DNA from: the human T2T-CHM13v2.0 reference genome, Homo sapiens
Reading direction: 5' to 3' (one strand)
DNA length: 64,000 nucleotides
Assembly (NCBI RefSeq): GCF_009914755.1
Contig: NC_060933.1
Shown here one piece after another: positions 27,874 to 41,761 of the stretch. Position 1 is the stretch's first letter, and each line of letters begins with the position of its first letter. The position numbers and the translations under genes were made by a program. The notes under the pieces were generated by a model that saw only the letters and a program-made list of their open reading frames with translations, did not search any database and was not told where the DNA came from.

Positions 27874-29189
27874 CTTAGAAATGACAGATAAATATGATGG
27901 AATATTTACCAAATCCTTGTATCAATCAATCTCTCTCTCTCTCTCACCCTCCCCCTACAGATATATAAGTGTATATATATTTGTATGTATATATATGTAT
28001 ATGCATATGTTTGGTGCAAGTGAGGGACCTCTGCACAAATGTTCAGTGTTCTTTTGAACTCAATTCCTTTAAGTAGTCACCATTTCCATAAATGCTAATT
28101 GTTGTAATGATTGAATAAATATGGTAAAATATCAAATTTTATTTGCTAAATAAAATGTGTTCAAATGATCACTCTTTCCTTTTATTACGTGCAAAAGGAA
28201 ATGTACTTTCCTTCCTGTTTTTCCCCTTTATGTTTTTTTTCTTTATTTTCTTTTCCTATCTTTCCTTCCTTCTTTCTTTTTTATTCATCTCCTACAAAAA
28301 AAGGGGAAAGTAAGTTTACATTTTAAATTTAAATAAAGAGTGAAACAAAATTGACCTTTACACTATATGTCAAATTCAGTGGCTTTGTTTTGAGAAGTTT
28401 AAGGAACTTCCCTGGTCTTTTTGAACTTTCATTTCTTAAAAGGAAAATTACAATAGAAAAATCAGCCGTATGCTGTAGAATGAAATATATTTTGTCATCC
28501 ACTTTGAACACAGAATCAAATTATTGCTTTAGATGTATATCTATAGTTTCATTTTTAGAAACTATTTAAATCTTTTATGTGAAATGTCTTCTACCTTTAG
28601 ACTTTGTAGTAGTGTCTCTTCATTTCAAATATATAGCCAAATTATAATTATAAGGGTGTTACATAGTTTCTTTCCTCCTCTTTTCCCCAGGTTTATTTTT
28701 GCAGCAGAGTATGAGCAAGTTTCAGCTATTGGAAGTGCCTGAATAGACAGTCAAGGAAATACCTCCAATTTGTCCATCAGAGAACTTTGAGAATCATACA
28801 TTCAAAAATGTTCAAAGCCCTAGGAGTTTTTAATTTTTAAAATTAATATTTTCACTAGCATACTGTAACATCTACATCTGTTAGTCTGAATATGTTAATG
28901 AGCTAATGTCTACCATATGCCAACAGCAATCTTCACTCACCCTGATGGTGTCTGTATTTTGTAACTTCTTAGCAGGCATTACCTTCAGCAGTCACAGTCA
29001 TAAACTTGCAGTTGTCTGTTAAGCAACCATTTGTCACTATTGTCACTTAAGAACAGAGAGTGACTTCCCTCTCCCCTCAGCTCTGGCAAGCAGTAAAGTT
29101 TGTTAAAATAACTAGAACATTTTTACTGTCTTGCATTCCCTGATTTTCTTTACCAATATTATTTCTATAAATGCTTGCCATAATACTTG

Positions 29190-29845
29190 ACATTTCTTCT
29201 TGATATTTCTCGAATCCATTCTTTTATTTCTACCTTCAATACTGCTACCTTATTTCAGGCGACCATCAACTCCTTTCTGTATGCATGCAAGAGCCTGCTA
29301 ACTCCTCACTTTTTAGTTAGGGCTTCTTCAATCTACTCCCTAAATTACCATCAGATAATCCTTTATAATGTAGCAACCTAATGTTATTCTTTGTTCCACC
29401 TCATCGGTGTCTTCCTGTTTTCTGTTTTCTTTAAGAAAAGTTCTGATTTTTTTATTATGGCTTCCTTTGAACCCTTACTTTGAGGTATTTTCTTCTCCAC
29501 CTTCGTCTTTCATTATTCTCCATTTGGACTCTTCACACTCTACATGTATAAAACTATGAGCAGTCTCTCTCTCAGAGCATTTTTCTCTCTAATCTCTAAA
29601 TCTTTGTAAATACTTCTACTTCTGAAAAAATTATTTTCTTAACTTCCCACTTTTAACAAAGAAATCCCATCATCATAAATTGGTATCTTTGTTCAGTGCA
29701 CTTCGTTGTGATTGCCTGTTTACAGTCTTTTCTTCTATAATTGAAGGTAAAATGCTTGTAGGTCAGTTTAAGCATTATCTACAATTGTTTCTCAGTACTT
29801 TATACAGTTTTCACTTATGGAAGATGCTCAATAAATGTGTCTGTG
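29190..29845 (+). mobile_element. L2 3' region, decayed
   Basis: TATTTCTCGAATCCATTC...ACTGCTACC...CAGGCGACCATCA, ending TGCTCAATAAATGTG. Confidence 0.55.
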
Positions 29846-30099
29846 AGATGCAATTTAGAGTTAAGCATATTTCTGGAATTGCACCATCCTGGAATGCCAT
29901 CTGAATATCTACTAAAGATTTTCTATCTAAATGATTTTTTAATGATTGAATTCAATCACAAAAGTATTTTTTTTTTTGCTCGTAGAATACCCTATACATT
30001 GTTCTGTTTCAAATAATCATATTTTATGGTAATAATGTAATGCTTAATGAATTAATAGAGAGCATATGCCAATAGGAAAATGAACGTTGAAGAACTACT

Positions 30100-31500
30100 G
30101 GAATAATAGTGCTGAGTTTATGCTATCTGCCAGGGAATGTGCTCAGTATTGGGGCTACAAACACAAACAAAACATGGTGATCATCATTAATGAGTGACTA
30201 CAATATCCAGGCCCTGTTCCAGGTCTTAAAGCTATGTTTTGGATAAAGAGCCAATAGGGCTTTATAGATGGTTTGAATGAATAGTGAGAAAGCGAAATTA
30301 ATTAAGTTAAATGTCTAGATTGTGATCTTTAGCAACAGGATTATGATTCCATTACTATGAGGAGAGTGATTGGAAAACAAACATATTTCATGAAATTTTA
30401 TGATTTCTATTTTTAACAGGTTAGCTTGAGATACTTAGACATTCTTCCATGTATATCTGTAAATTGACCATTAACTATGCTACTCTGGAGTTCTAGGGAG
30501 AACCCCATATAGATGCTACATTGTCTCTGGTTCCTAGGACAGAGTCTATAAATACTTGAAACTATCAGAGTAGTAGGAGTATTTCTATTATTTATGAGCC
30601 TCTTGGATCACATCTGAATCTGTGCTAAGAGATAAGTCAGATTTGGCTGTGGTCACTGGAAAGACCAACAATGTGATTACAAAGTTAGGGCTTTGAGCCA
30701 GCCTAATTTCTAGGGAGAGGAGGGGCCTGGAGATTTAGTTTGATTTTGTGGGCAGTGATTCTATCAATTATGCCTGTGTAATGGAATCCCAGTAAAAATT
30801 CTGAACACTGAAGCTTAATGAAGCTTTCTGGTATGTGAACATATATCAATATGCCAGAGGGTTATGCACCCTAATTTTGCTGCCAGAGGGCATGAAAGCT
30901 TTGCATTCAGGACCCTCTAAGATCTCTCCTTCTGTGTCTCTTCATTTAAATGATCCTGATATGTATTTTATATAATAAAACTGTAATCATAAGTATCATG
31001 CTTTCCTGAGTTCTGTGAGTCATTTTAGTTAATTCTCAAACCTAAGGAAGTTTGGGAGAAGCGCCCAGATTTTGAGCTAGTTGGTCAGAAGTGCAGGTGG
31101 CACAGGATAGCTCAAACTCATTGCTAGCATTTGAAGTGGGAGCAGTCTGGCTGTGGACCATGACTTTTAACTTGTGGGGTATGGACTAATTCCATATGGT
31201 AAGTGTAAAACTTGAGTTACAGTATTGCAAAAGACAGTAAAAGTAATGAAAGTCATAGAACAGGAAGAGAATTCTAGGAGGAAACTGTATATGAGTGAGT
31301 GAAGAGATCCATAAACATATCCCCAGAAGAGCATATATTTAAAGGACAAGCAAAGATGGAAGAGCCAGTCAAGGAGACTGAGAGGGTAACTATTGTAATG
31401 GTAGAAGGAAAGGAACTATTACTGAGGTAGGAAGAAAATAAGAAGAAGGTAATATTCCATAAAAATACTAAATTAAAATATTTCAAGAAGGAAAGAAGGT
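30100..31500 (-). mobile_element. Decayed L2 pieces, split by MER21
   Basis: CTGGAGTTCTAGGGAG before the LTR; ATTTAAAGGACAAG...GAGCCAGTCAAGGAGACTGAG...TTTCAAGAAGGA after it. Confidence 0.5.
30521..31229 (+). mobile_element. MER21 (MER21C-like) LTR
   Basis: GAAAGACCAAC..TGTGATT...AGGGGCCTGGAGATT...AATAAAACTGTAATCATAAGTA...TTTCCTGAGTTCTGTGAGTCATT...TTGGTCAGAAGTG. Confidence 0.8.
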
Positions 31501-31599
31501 TAATCTCTGAGAAACTAATAAGAGATAAAATAGCAGTCAATGAGTAGAGATGCCCGCATGGAGATCTTTGCTCACAAAACAGTCCTGCTAAGTGAAATA

Positions 31600-31760
31600 G
31601 TCATAGTAATTACAATAATAAGTATGATGGTAGCTAAACATTTAATGAGTACCTATTATAGGCCAAACTCTCCTTTAAGTAACTTAGTTTAGGGTATTGA
31701 TTGATTTGGTATTCACAATACTATAAGCTGGGTTCTATTACTTTTCCTACTTTAATGACT
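31600..31760 (-). mobile_element. MIR
   Basis: TAGCTAAACATTTAATGAGTACCTATTATAGGCCA...TTCTATTACTTTTCCTACTTTA. Confidence 0.55.
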
Positions 31761-32704
31761 ATTGTTAAATTGTAGTGAATTGAGGAAAACCTATGAAATG
31801 AAAAATGTATCTATATTTAACTCTTTGAATAAAGTTTTCTATAAAGGAAAGTATATAAATATAATGATATGGTAATAAGGTAGTAGATGTGACAATATAG
31901 ATAAGCTAAAAGCATAGGAAATGTTAGTCAAAAAGTGGAATGGATAAAATTGAAGGCACTATTATTATTGGAGTCAATAATATTTTTTAATTAATAATAC
32001 TAGTCAAGGAATTGGTAGTGACTGATGTATACAAAAATAGATGCAAACAATTTTTTGCAGTAGATTGTGATAAAAACTCTTGTAAAGGGTTACTGTATAA
32101 ATGAGAGTGAAGTGGAGATGTTACTGAATTCCAAGCTTTACATATATTTGTCTTAAGACCTTGTTTGGCATATAAGAAGATGTGTCTTCTGTTGAAAGTG
32201 CATTTTTAGCCAACACTTAATATAATTGTGGGGCTAAGTATATAATAAAATTTTAGCATTTGTTATTGAAAACAAGTATTTATATGGGTTTATCAATTCA
32301 CAGTAAACATTCATATACATACATGCATTATTTACTTTAAGCACATTATTTTCTCTAAACAATATATCCACTTTAGAATAATATTTTTTTTCTATTTTTC
32401 TGGACTTTACTAAGTAATTTCTCACATGCATCCATACACAAAAACAAACCACACTCAAAACTAAGACTAACTGGTCTTCTCCAGTGCTGGAACTTATTAA
32501 TCTGCCAGCACATTTTACAGATAAGAAAGACCTAAGGAGTTTCTACAACAAGCTCAAATGTTATTTGGTTAGTTTGTGGTAATGTTGAAACTACTCCTTT
32601 CCCAACTATGAGTTCTTCTTATTGCAAATTAAATATATACATATAGATTCATGTTGCATTTCTACAGCTATGAGGCTTCTAAATAGAGTAAATGTGAGGA
32701 AGAG

Positions 32705-32786
32705 TGAGTTACTGACTAAATGAGTCATTGCTGTTGTGCAGACAGACTCATGAAATGGGATGTACTTCTGAGTCACTTTCGTTTTC
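32705..32786. promoter_or_regulatory. Candidate enhancer: AP-1 motif cluster plus IRF/ISRE-like element
   Basis: TGAGTTA 32705, TGACTAA 32713, TGAGTCA 32721, TGAGTCA 32769, ACTTTCGTTTTC 32775-32786. Motif evidence only. Confidence 0.3.
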
Positions 32787-35243
32787 ACCTTTGTTCCTCT
32801 GCCTGTGGCTTGCTAGCAATCAGTCACATTCACTTTCTCTCCTGAAAAGTATATTGTTCTTGCCCTTCAGCTCTTTCTTCATAGCTTGGAATCCCCAGGA
32901 GACATTTAAAAAATAAAGATCAATCTGGCTTTTAGAATGTTAGAAGATTGCATTAACCCCTGACACACGTTGGGGTCATAGCAGGTGGCAATGAACCTCC
33001 CAATCCTAAGGCTTAAAAGTTGGCCTTTTTTAAGAACATATGATCCAAGTCACTCTGTTCATCCCCATCACAACTTTTCTCACATAATAGTCCATTTGAA
33101 CCCACTGAGTGGCCCAGTGAATCTGCAGATATGAAATCCACAAGGTACACACAGAAACAATCTGCCTGTGTTGTGGCTCTGCAGCCATGCAATTGTACAT
33201 CTCCTGCAAAGGTAACCTCAACATAACCACCTGGCAGTCAACTGTACCTTATTCATGGTATGTGGGTCAGATAGCATGAAGCTCTAGGTAACTACAGTGG
33301 GACAAAAAAATTAAACATTAAAAAATAAAAATTTGAGGCAAACAGAACCAGGTTCCCCAAGCACAAGTTGATATTACCTAAATGATGCATGTATGCTCTA
33401 GAAACAAACAAAAAAAAAGTTTATACAGTATTTATACGATTCATTTACATGGTTCTTCAAGGGAAAATCTTCTGAATGATAGCACAGCTGGCAAAAGTTA
33501 GGCTACATTGGAAAGTAAGTTTGAAAGATTCGATTCAGGAGTGTACTTTGTCCTTAGAATACATTTCAAAGCTATAAGGTTTGCCACCGTCCATTTCAAA
33601 GATTTACTTAAACCCTTCAAACTCCTGTCAATATAATAACAAAGAATGAATGAATAAAGAGTTAAACAAGTGAGCTAAAATCCTTTTGAGTTGGAAAAAC
33701 ATTCTGTAACAGAGGGAGCTAATAAGCAATGAGGTTGCGACTTCATAAAATCACCTTTCTCTTATTTTCTGAGTTATAATCATATGGTACTTAGGTAGCC
33801 TACATAATACTGAGCATAAAGTAAAGAAATTCTTAAGCTGCTGCTGTCAAAAAATGAAAAATATTATAATGCTATATGTAATATTCAGATTCCAAGAAAT
33901 AATTCTTACTGTCAGCATGCATGGAAGAGAGAGCTTTTGCACTGCTTGGCCATTTCCATTTATTTGAAATGCAAGAAGACTGAGTATGACAAGCAATTTA
34001 TAGAGAAGTGAGTCCTTCTTTAGAAATCAGCTTTCATATATTTTTTGTGGTTCATGTTGTTCCTGGCTCAGTAATATGTGAAGTGTATGCAGTTTTTTGA
34101 AGTGTAGTCAGTTCATCCCCTGCAGATCTTTTTGTGGTCTATTTGATAAGGAACCCTTTGAAAAACTGGATTTCAAGTTGCTCTGAGCCATTCTTGATTT
34201 TAATGTCCAAAGTAAGCACAACTACAAATATGAAGCATCGTCCTCAGAATTCTGGCTTATTATAAAAATCACACATGTCCATGGCAGAAATTTAGAAGAT
34301 ATGCTTAAATAAAATTATCTGTATTCTCTAAGATGTTGATATAAATCTTCCCCATATTTTTGCTATAAATATATACATTTCTATTAATATACAAATGAAC
34401 AATGTATACTGATGACTAGATGCACCATTCATTAAGGGCAAATATTACAATTTATTCTATTTATTTTTCAACAGTATTCAATCTAACATGTCATTTAAAT
34501 CTTTAAAAACTAATGTGTCTTTAAATGATGAATGCCTAGGCATGTGAGCAAGTAAATGGGTAATACAAATACAGAAATTGCTTAGGAGACAAAAGTATGA
34601 TACTCTGAAAAGGGAATCTCTGACCACCCTGTTAGCAATGAGGAGAATAATGATTTTAGATCATTATTTGAGGTTAATAAAGTTGTATGCTACACAATGA
34701 AGGTTTTGAATCTAACATCATAAATGGTACAACAAAACTGCATGTTATGTATGTCTCAATGATGGGAATAGTGAGAAAATGGTAAAGAGGTAGAAAATAT
34801 GTGGATAAATAAATAAACTGAAAAAATGCCACATAATATGCATATAATCTGCAATTAGAAAAATAGATGTATAGTGTTCATTAAAGCTTCAGGAGGTATC
34901 AGTGTTTCAAAATTTCCAAGAAGGAAGTGGTAACTTGAAATTGTTAGCAACTGCCATGATTTGCATAAAAATGTGAGAGTAATGGAGGAGGCAACATTAA
35001 CAACTCTTGTTGCTTCATGAAAGAATGCTGAATATTTGTGAAAGTAATTAAAAGTATGTGTTATTTCTCTGAACAGATCACCAGCACTGATGAAACTGGT
35101 GTATTATAAAATTTCTGTTGTATTACATAGCTAATGAATAAGGAGGGAATAGCTTTATGGCAGCAATGTTCAAGCTGATTATCTTAGGGTCAGTGCTTCA
35201 GTGGATTTCAAGAGATATTCCATAATCAAGAGATACTCCATAC

Positions 35244-35536
35244 AGCGGCGGCTCACACCTGTATCCTAGCACTTTGGGAGGCCAAGGTGAGTGGATCACC
35301 TGAAGTTGGGAGTTCTAGACCAGCCTGACCAACATGGAGAAACCCCGTCTCTACTAAAAATACAAAATTAGCCAGGTGTGGTGGTGCATGCCTATAATCC
35401 CAGCTACTCAGGAGGCTGAGGCAGGAGAATCGCTTGAACCCGGGAGGTGGAGGTTGCGGTGAGCCGAGATCCTCCATTGCGCTCCAGCCTGGGCAACAAG
35501 AGCGAAACTCCATCTCAAAAAACAAAACAAAACAAA
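35244..35536 (+). mobile_element. AluSp
   Basis: Diagnostics CCAGCCTGACCAACATGGAGAAACCCC, GGTTGCGGTGAGCC, GGCAACAAGAGCGAAACTCC. Confidence 0.93.
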
Positions 35537-36759
35537 AAGAAATATTCCATAATTCTCTAGAATCCTAAACATTTTTCCTTTATGGGTAGGAAAAATTAAA
35601 CTCTGTCTTTAAATTACTTTTTTAATAAGTATGTTTCCTTATTGGGGACATAATTAAAATATATTCAATTGATTAAATAGAGTATGATTTAACAGAAAAA
35701 TTATATCAAAGGTTTTGCTAAATCTGTGCAATGCTCTTATTCACTCATTGTCACTCCATGCTAATCTAATGCTTGATATCCTATTTCTTTTAAGCAAGAT
35801 TTTATTCGTTTACATTATGAATCAAAATATGGTTAGTGCATTCAAGATCTACCCCAAATTATATATGTCTAACCATATTCCAAATTTAATTAATAATTCT
35901 AATTTTTACACTGAAAGCATTTGTATGTTAACAAAATGAAATAATTTATAAATAAAATGATCAATGAACTCTTCATTAAACATATTAGAAACTGTAGAAT
36001 GAGACCACTTTTAGTATTTAAGCTTTCACATCAGTGGCAAATGAATAACCATTGAAACATCCACACAACTTTGGGGTTGTGCTTTAAGTCAGTTCAACCC
36101 CCCTATCTACCAGATACGTGCTCTAAGGAATTATCAGAGAAATGCTTCAAAGCATGGCTAGCATCACTGAGTGATGATGTGGCATAAAATAAAGTTATGG
36201 GAATAAATATGAGACTAACTCCAAAACACTTGAGCAATTGCTTATTCCAGGCTTCAAACATCCCTGATGAAGCAATGGAAATCAATCATTTCCTCAGCAT
36301 GAAGCTTGACCTTCAGAAAAGGGTGGAAATGATTTGCTGCAACTCTATAAAGAGGTGCAAAGAGACCTTCATTAATAGTCTACTCAGCCTATGTCATGTT
36401 TTTTTTACCAAAGTGATCTTGAAAGAACCTTCAAAACAACAGAGATCAGAATCTGATCAAAATAGCATCTGATTAGCCATCCTTGACTCAGCCTTTCCAA
36501 AATTTCCACTAAAATATATAAATAAAAACACAGAATGAGATGAAATCTCATCAAAATACTAAGAAATAATGCTGCCAGTGCTTTCACTACACTCTTTAAG
36601 GGGATTTTACTAATTCATGACCTATAGAGACTAATAAAGAATAACAACTCTTAGGAAACTCATGATTCAATTCCACCCAGAAAGAAGGTAGAAAAACCCA
36701 CTCTTCTTCGACTCTATGAATCCTAATTCAAAGGCTCACAACAGCATTTTTCCTATATG

Positions 36760-36926
36760 AACACCCAGAATTATCTACCAAAGTGCATATCAAAACATAT
36801 ATTCCTGAGCCCAATTCAGTAAGTTTTAAATAAAAATACTTTGGTGTAGAGCTTAGAAATAAGCATTTTCAATAAGCATTGAGAGTGACCCTTCAGCACA
36901 TTAACATTTGAAAACCACTACCCTAT
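36760..36926. mobile_element. MER5-type hAT MITE, decayed
   Basis: ATTCCTGAGCCC...GCATTTTCAATAAGC...TTTGAAAACCACTACCCTA. Confidence 0.55.
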
Positions 36927-37330
36927 ATAACAAAAAGTCTTAAAATTAAGAGTCACCAAAAAAACATAGCATATATATAGACTCTAACCACAGGGTTATA
37001 ACAGAATTAACATTTTTCTTGAATTTTCCGTACCTGCCATGATCTTATAGCCCTCAGATTTATATATATGTATAAAATCATAAACACATATATAATAGAT
37101 TTAACAAAGAAATTATTGTTGTCATGGAGATTCCATGAGGAATCAACCCATTTTTCCCTACTTCCAGATAAAACCTGGCTGTCAAGTCCCCAGAAAGAAT
37201 TAACTTCATATTAAGTTACAAAGAATAAAGATTAAAAGATCATCAAAAACCATGTGCCTTGACAGAAGATACACATTTGTCAGAGATCCGTTTAAGACCA
37301 GGAGTAGGAATTTCTTCCCATGCAAGCTAG

Positions 37331-37991
37331 TGACGCAGGATTTTTCTTAGTCACTTTGCCAACCAAGGACTACCACAGCCGGCTGGCAACACCCCCATAC
37401 CACCTGGGCCTTGCTGGGCTGGGCCTGATGCTGGAGGTGCCCTACCCACTTGACCCCCCTGTGTTATAGCTTGTACCTGTGTTCAGCAGTTCCTGAACTC
37501 TTGTCCTGCATCCAAGAAAAATGAGGATATGCTGACAGTTTGAAGGGTGAGGAGGATGGAGAATAATTTTATTGAGTGACAGAACATTTCTAAGCGGAGA
37601 GAGGAAACAGAGATGGTCCCTCACCCATGCAGTCAGGTGGCTTCTCTACCATTGTGGCTGAATCCAGGGCTTTTGTGGGCTCAGAATAGGAGAGTGCATG
37701 CCAATTGGTTTGTGAGTATGCAAAAAAGGTTAAAGCAAAGGCACCACTTAAAGGTGGTCACAACAGTGTAGAAAGCCAATTAGGAAAGGCTAGGTATATG
37801 CAAAATAGGTGAAGCATGGGGATCAATCAGAGGAAAGCATGGCAATCAGAAAGACAGGTTCTCAATCCAGTCTGTGGGTTTCATTTGTAGCATGGCTTTC
37901 AGGTTATAAATTGTCTTCAGCTTAGAGGTGGGGTTTCACTGGGGACCCGTCCCTATTTGCCTAGGCATTTGCCTGCCTCCTGTCGCTATCG
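37331..37991 (-). mobile_element. LTR27-family ERV1 solo LTR
   Basis: The minus strand begins (C)GATAGCGACAGGAGGCAGGCAAATGCCTAGGCAAATAGGGACGGGTCCCCAGTGAAACCCCACC and ends AAAAATCCTGCGTCA. Flanks CTAG/CTAA. Confidence 0.85.
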
Positions 37992-39613
37992 CTAAAATGT
38001 GAGTTGGTGTTGGTTCTGCTCAGATTAACAAAATAAGAAGAGGAAATCCTCCCTCAACTTTGTAAAAAAGTTATTGCCCCCATTTTAGTCATGAGAAAAA
38101 TATATAAACTCTTCTACATAATCAATGGATTTTTAAAAACCATGTGCTATAGTCACAGAGTATGAAGACTCATCATGAGAGCTAAGACTCTGGGATCTTC
38201 TTATTTAGGTCATATCTGTACACTTTCCACTGTGAGCTTGTTTGTTCACTGAAAGCACTCATCATAAGCCTCATTAATATAAAAACTCTTGGTAGGACCA
38301 AGGGCAAACTAAGCTGAAGATCATGTTTGCATAGTTCACCTGCAACTTACCAACGTAGTTCAGAATAGAGTATGTCAAACCACCTTATAAAAACTGGGGC
38401 ATCTGAAGGCATAAAAGTGTTCATTGAGATAACCTTTAGGAATGAATCATCCCTATGAGGATGATTCTGATGAAATATTTCTGAGGAGGGTTCAGTCAGT
38501 CAATGATATAGAGCAGTTGGAATGTTTCTGTTAAGGTTAACTAGAGGTAACACTAGTTTGTAGACAGGAAATAGTCCAGATTATTCAATGACAGGTCATG
38601 TTATTACAGCTCAGAGCAGCATCTCCCCTTGGTTGTCACTGAAACCAAGAGAACCAGGAGGACATCTAGAAGGAATAGATGGATAAATAAATGTAAATTT
38701 TTTTAAATACACCAAAAACAAAAACTCTATATTTGATAACACTACTTAAGAAGTAAAGTAGTTTTATTTTCTTTTTTATTGTGTGACTCTTTTCAACTAG
38801 CATCTCCAATAGTATCTTTGGATCAATTCAACTAATCACTTGGGAATCAGAAGTAGAAATGTTTTAAACTGGTTCACATACATGGGCAAGATTTGTATTC
38901 ATGAAAGACATGTAACTGTGATGAATTATATGTTTTCTCAGACTGGTTCAAGCATTGTCTGAATATAAAACAGGCTCAAAATTGGTGCCTCTTAAATGTG
39001 AGTTGCGTTCTCTTTACTATAGGAAGACCTCATAAATCTGTGTGTGTGTGTGAGATTAGTAACTGGGAGTGCATAATAAGTACCTGAATGAATAAAAAGG
39101 AAATACAGTCTATGGGGAGAAGGCAGAAAAGGCAGAAATACTTGTAAGGAATCAGGACAATGACTAGGTTTAAAACAGCGCAAACTTTTCGCACCCTTTC
39201 AACTTAAAAGAGCAACCTACGATGCATCAGTGAAAAAGGGGTTAAATGGAGAACTATGTTATAATTTAAAGGCAAGATCTATCACTATAACTGCTTTGAA
39301 TGCTCTTAAATATGTTCTGATGAGTTTTGAGCTCCAGGGTTTGAGCGAAATGCATTACTCTGGATATAAATTATAGATGTATGTACATAACATAAATGTT
39401 TACTTAAAGGCGAATTAATTGGGGAAGTAAAAACTTTCCAGCAGGAGGTACAATTTAGATTTTCCTTGAAAAAAAAAATTAGTAAGATTTCAACATGAAA
39501 AGTTGACGAATTTCAGAAAATGGAAACAATACAATCAAATCCATGAATAAGGAAAGAATGGGGTTTATAAGGGCAATTCTGAATAGGGAGAAATATGAGA
39601 TAAGGCTAAATGT

Positions 39614-39949
<336 letters not shown>

Positions 39950-40556
39950 TCACGGAGGAAAAGGCATCAAAGGTCAAGGCCACTGGAGACATGCAAATGA
40001 CCTTCACAGGTTACAACTTACAGGTACTGGCTGCCCTCAGAAGGCAGTCAGCCAGGCATTGTATATTCAAGAAAGCCTACCAGATTAGTCAGCTGAAATG
40101 GTTAAATAAAAGAATGCTGCAAAATAGATGCAGAGACAGGAGTTGAACAGGCAAGGAGAGTCATTTTAGCCAGACACAACAAGAAAAAAGGTAAGGAGCA
40201 GAGTGAAAATGTATATGGTACAAATTGGGTTTGGGACAGAGGGAAGTTCTCTAGGCAATAAGCCGACCAGGAAAGATCAGTGTAAACCATGGCATACACC
40301 TCATTTTTTGGCTCCATCTTGTATATCCTAATGTAACTCTACTTAAGGATTCTTACTTGGAAAAATTCTTTGGAATACCACGTTTATTTCTATTCACATG
40401 ATATTTTAATGACTCTCTATATATTTCTATTTTCAGATTCATGAAAACTCTGAAATTGGAGTTTATGGTGACCTAATGACTATAATGTAATTATTACTAC
40501 AGTGTCGAGCTAATCTGATTTCAGAATAATACAAGTGGATAGTTTCTATCTACTTA

Positions 40557-40622
40557 ATAAACCTGCACGTTGTGCACATGTACCCTAGAATTTAAACTAT
40601 ATTAAAAAATAAAAATAAAAAA
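40557..40622 (+). mobile_element. Extreme 3' tip of a primate L1PA
   Basis: AAACCTGCACGTTGTGCACATGTACCCTAGAATTTAAA followed by an A-rich tail. Confidence 0.85.
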
Positions 40623-40832
40623 GAATTTAATGCAATTTCATCAGTGATTAGAAGACCAATATATCTAATCAGTTTGAGCCTGGGAACATTAATTAGGGTA
40701 GAATTCTTATTCTACCACAAAAATACTTTCTCAACCCTCAGATTCTCTAAATTTTACAACTTTGTTTCCCCTTCCTTCACATGGAAACCTTTACAATGAT
40801 TTGTCAATCCATTACATCATTCTCCAGTTTCA

Positions 40833-41761
<929 letters not shown>

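Noticed and set aside
28665-28830. Strong 3' splice acceptor (TTTCCTCCTCTTTTCCCCAG|G at 28690)
   Set aside because: No matching donor or informative reading frame follows, and isolated acceptors are common by chance.
36197-36472. 91-aa non-repeat ORF, and a nearby GTGATGA...CTGA pair as a C/D snoRNA
   Set aside because: The ORF has no recognisable domain or splice context. The snoRNA candidate has no independent terminal stem or recognisable rRNA guide.
40420-40480. TTTTCAG followed by IHENSEIGVY as a cadherin-like exon
   Set aside because: The donor is poor, the frame closes almost at once and there are no neighbouring cadherin motifs.
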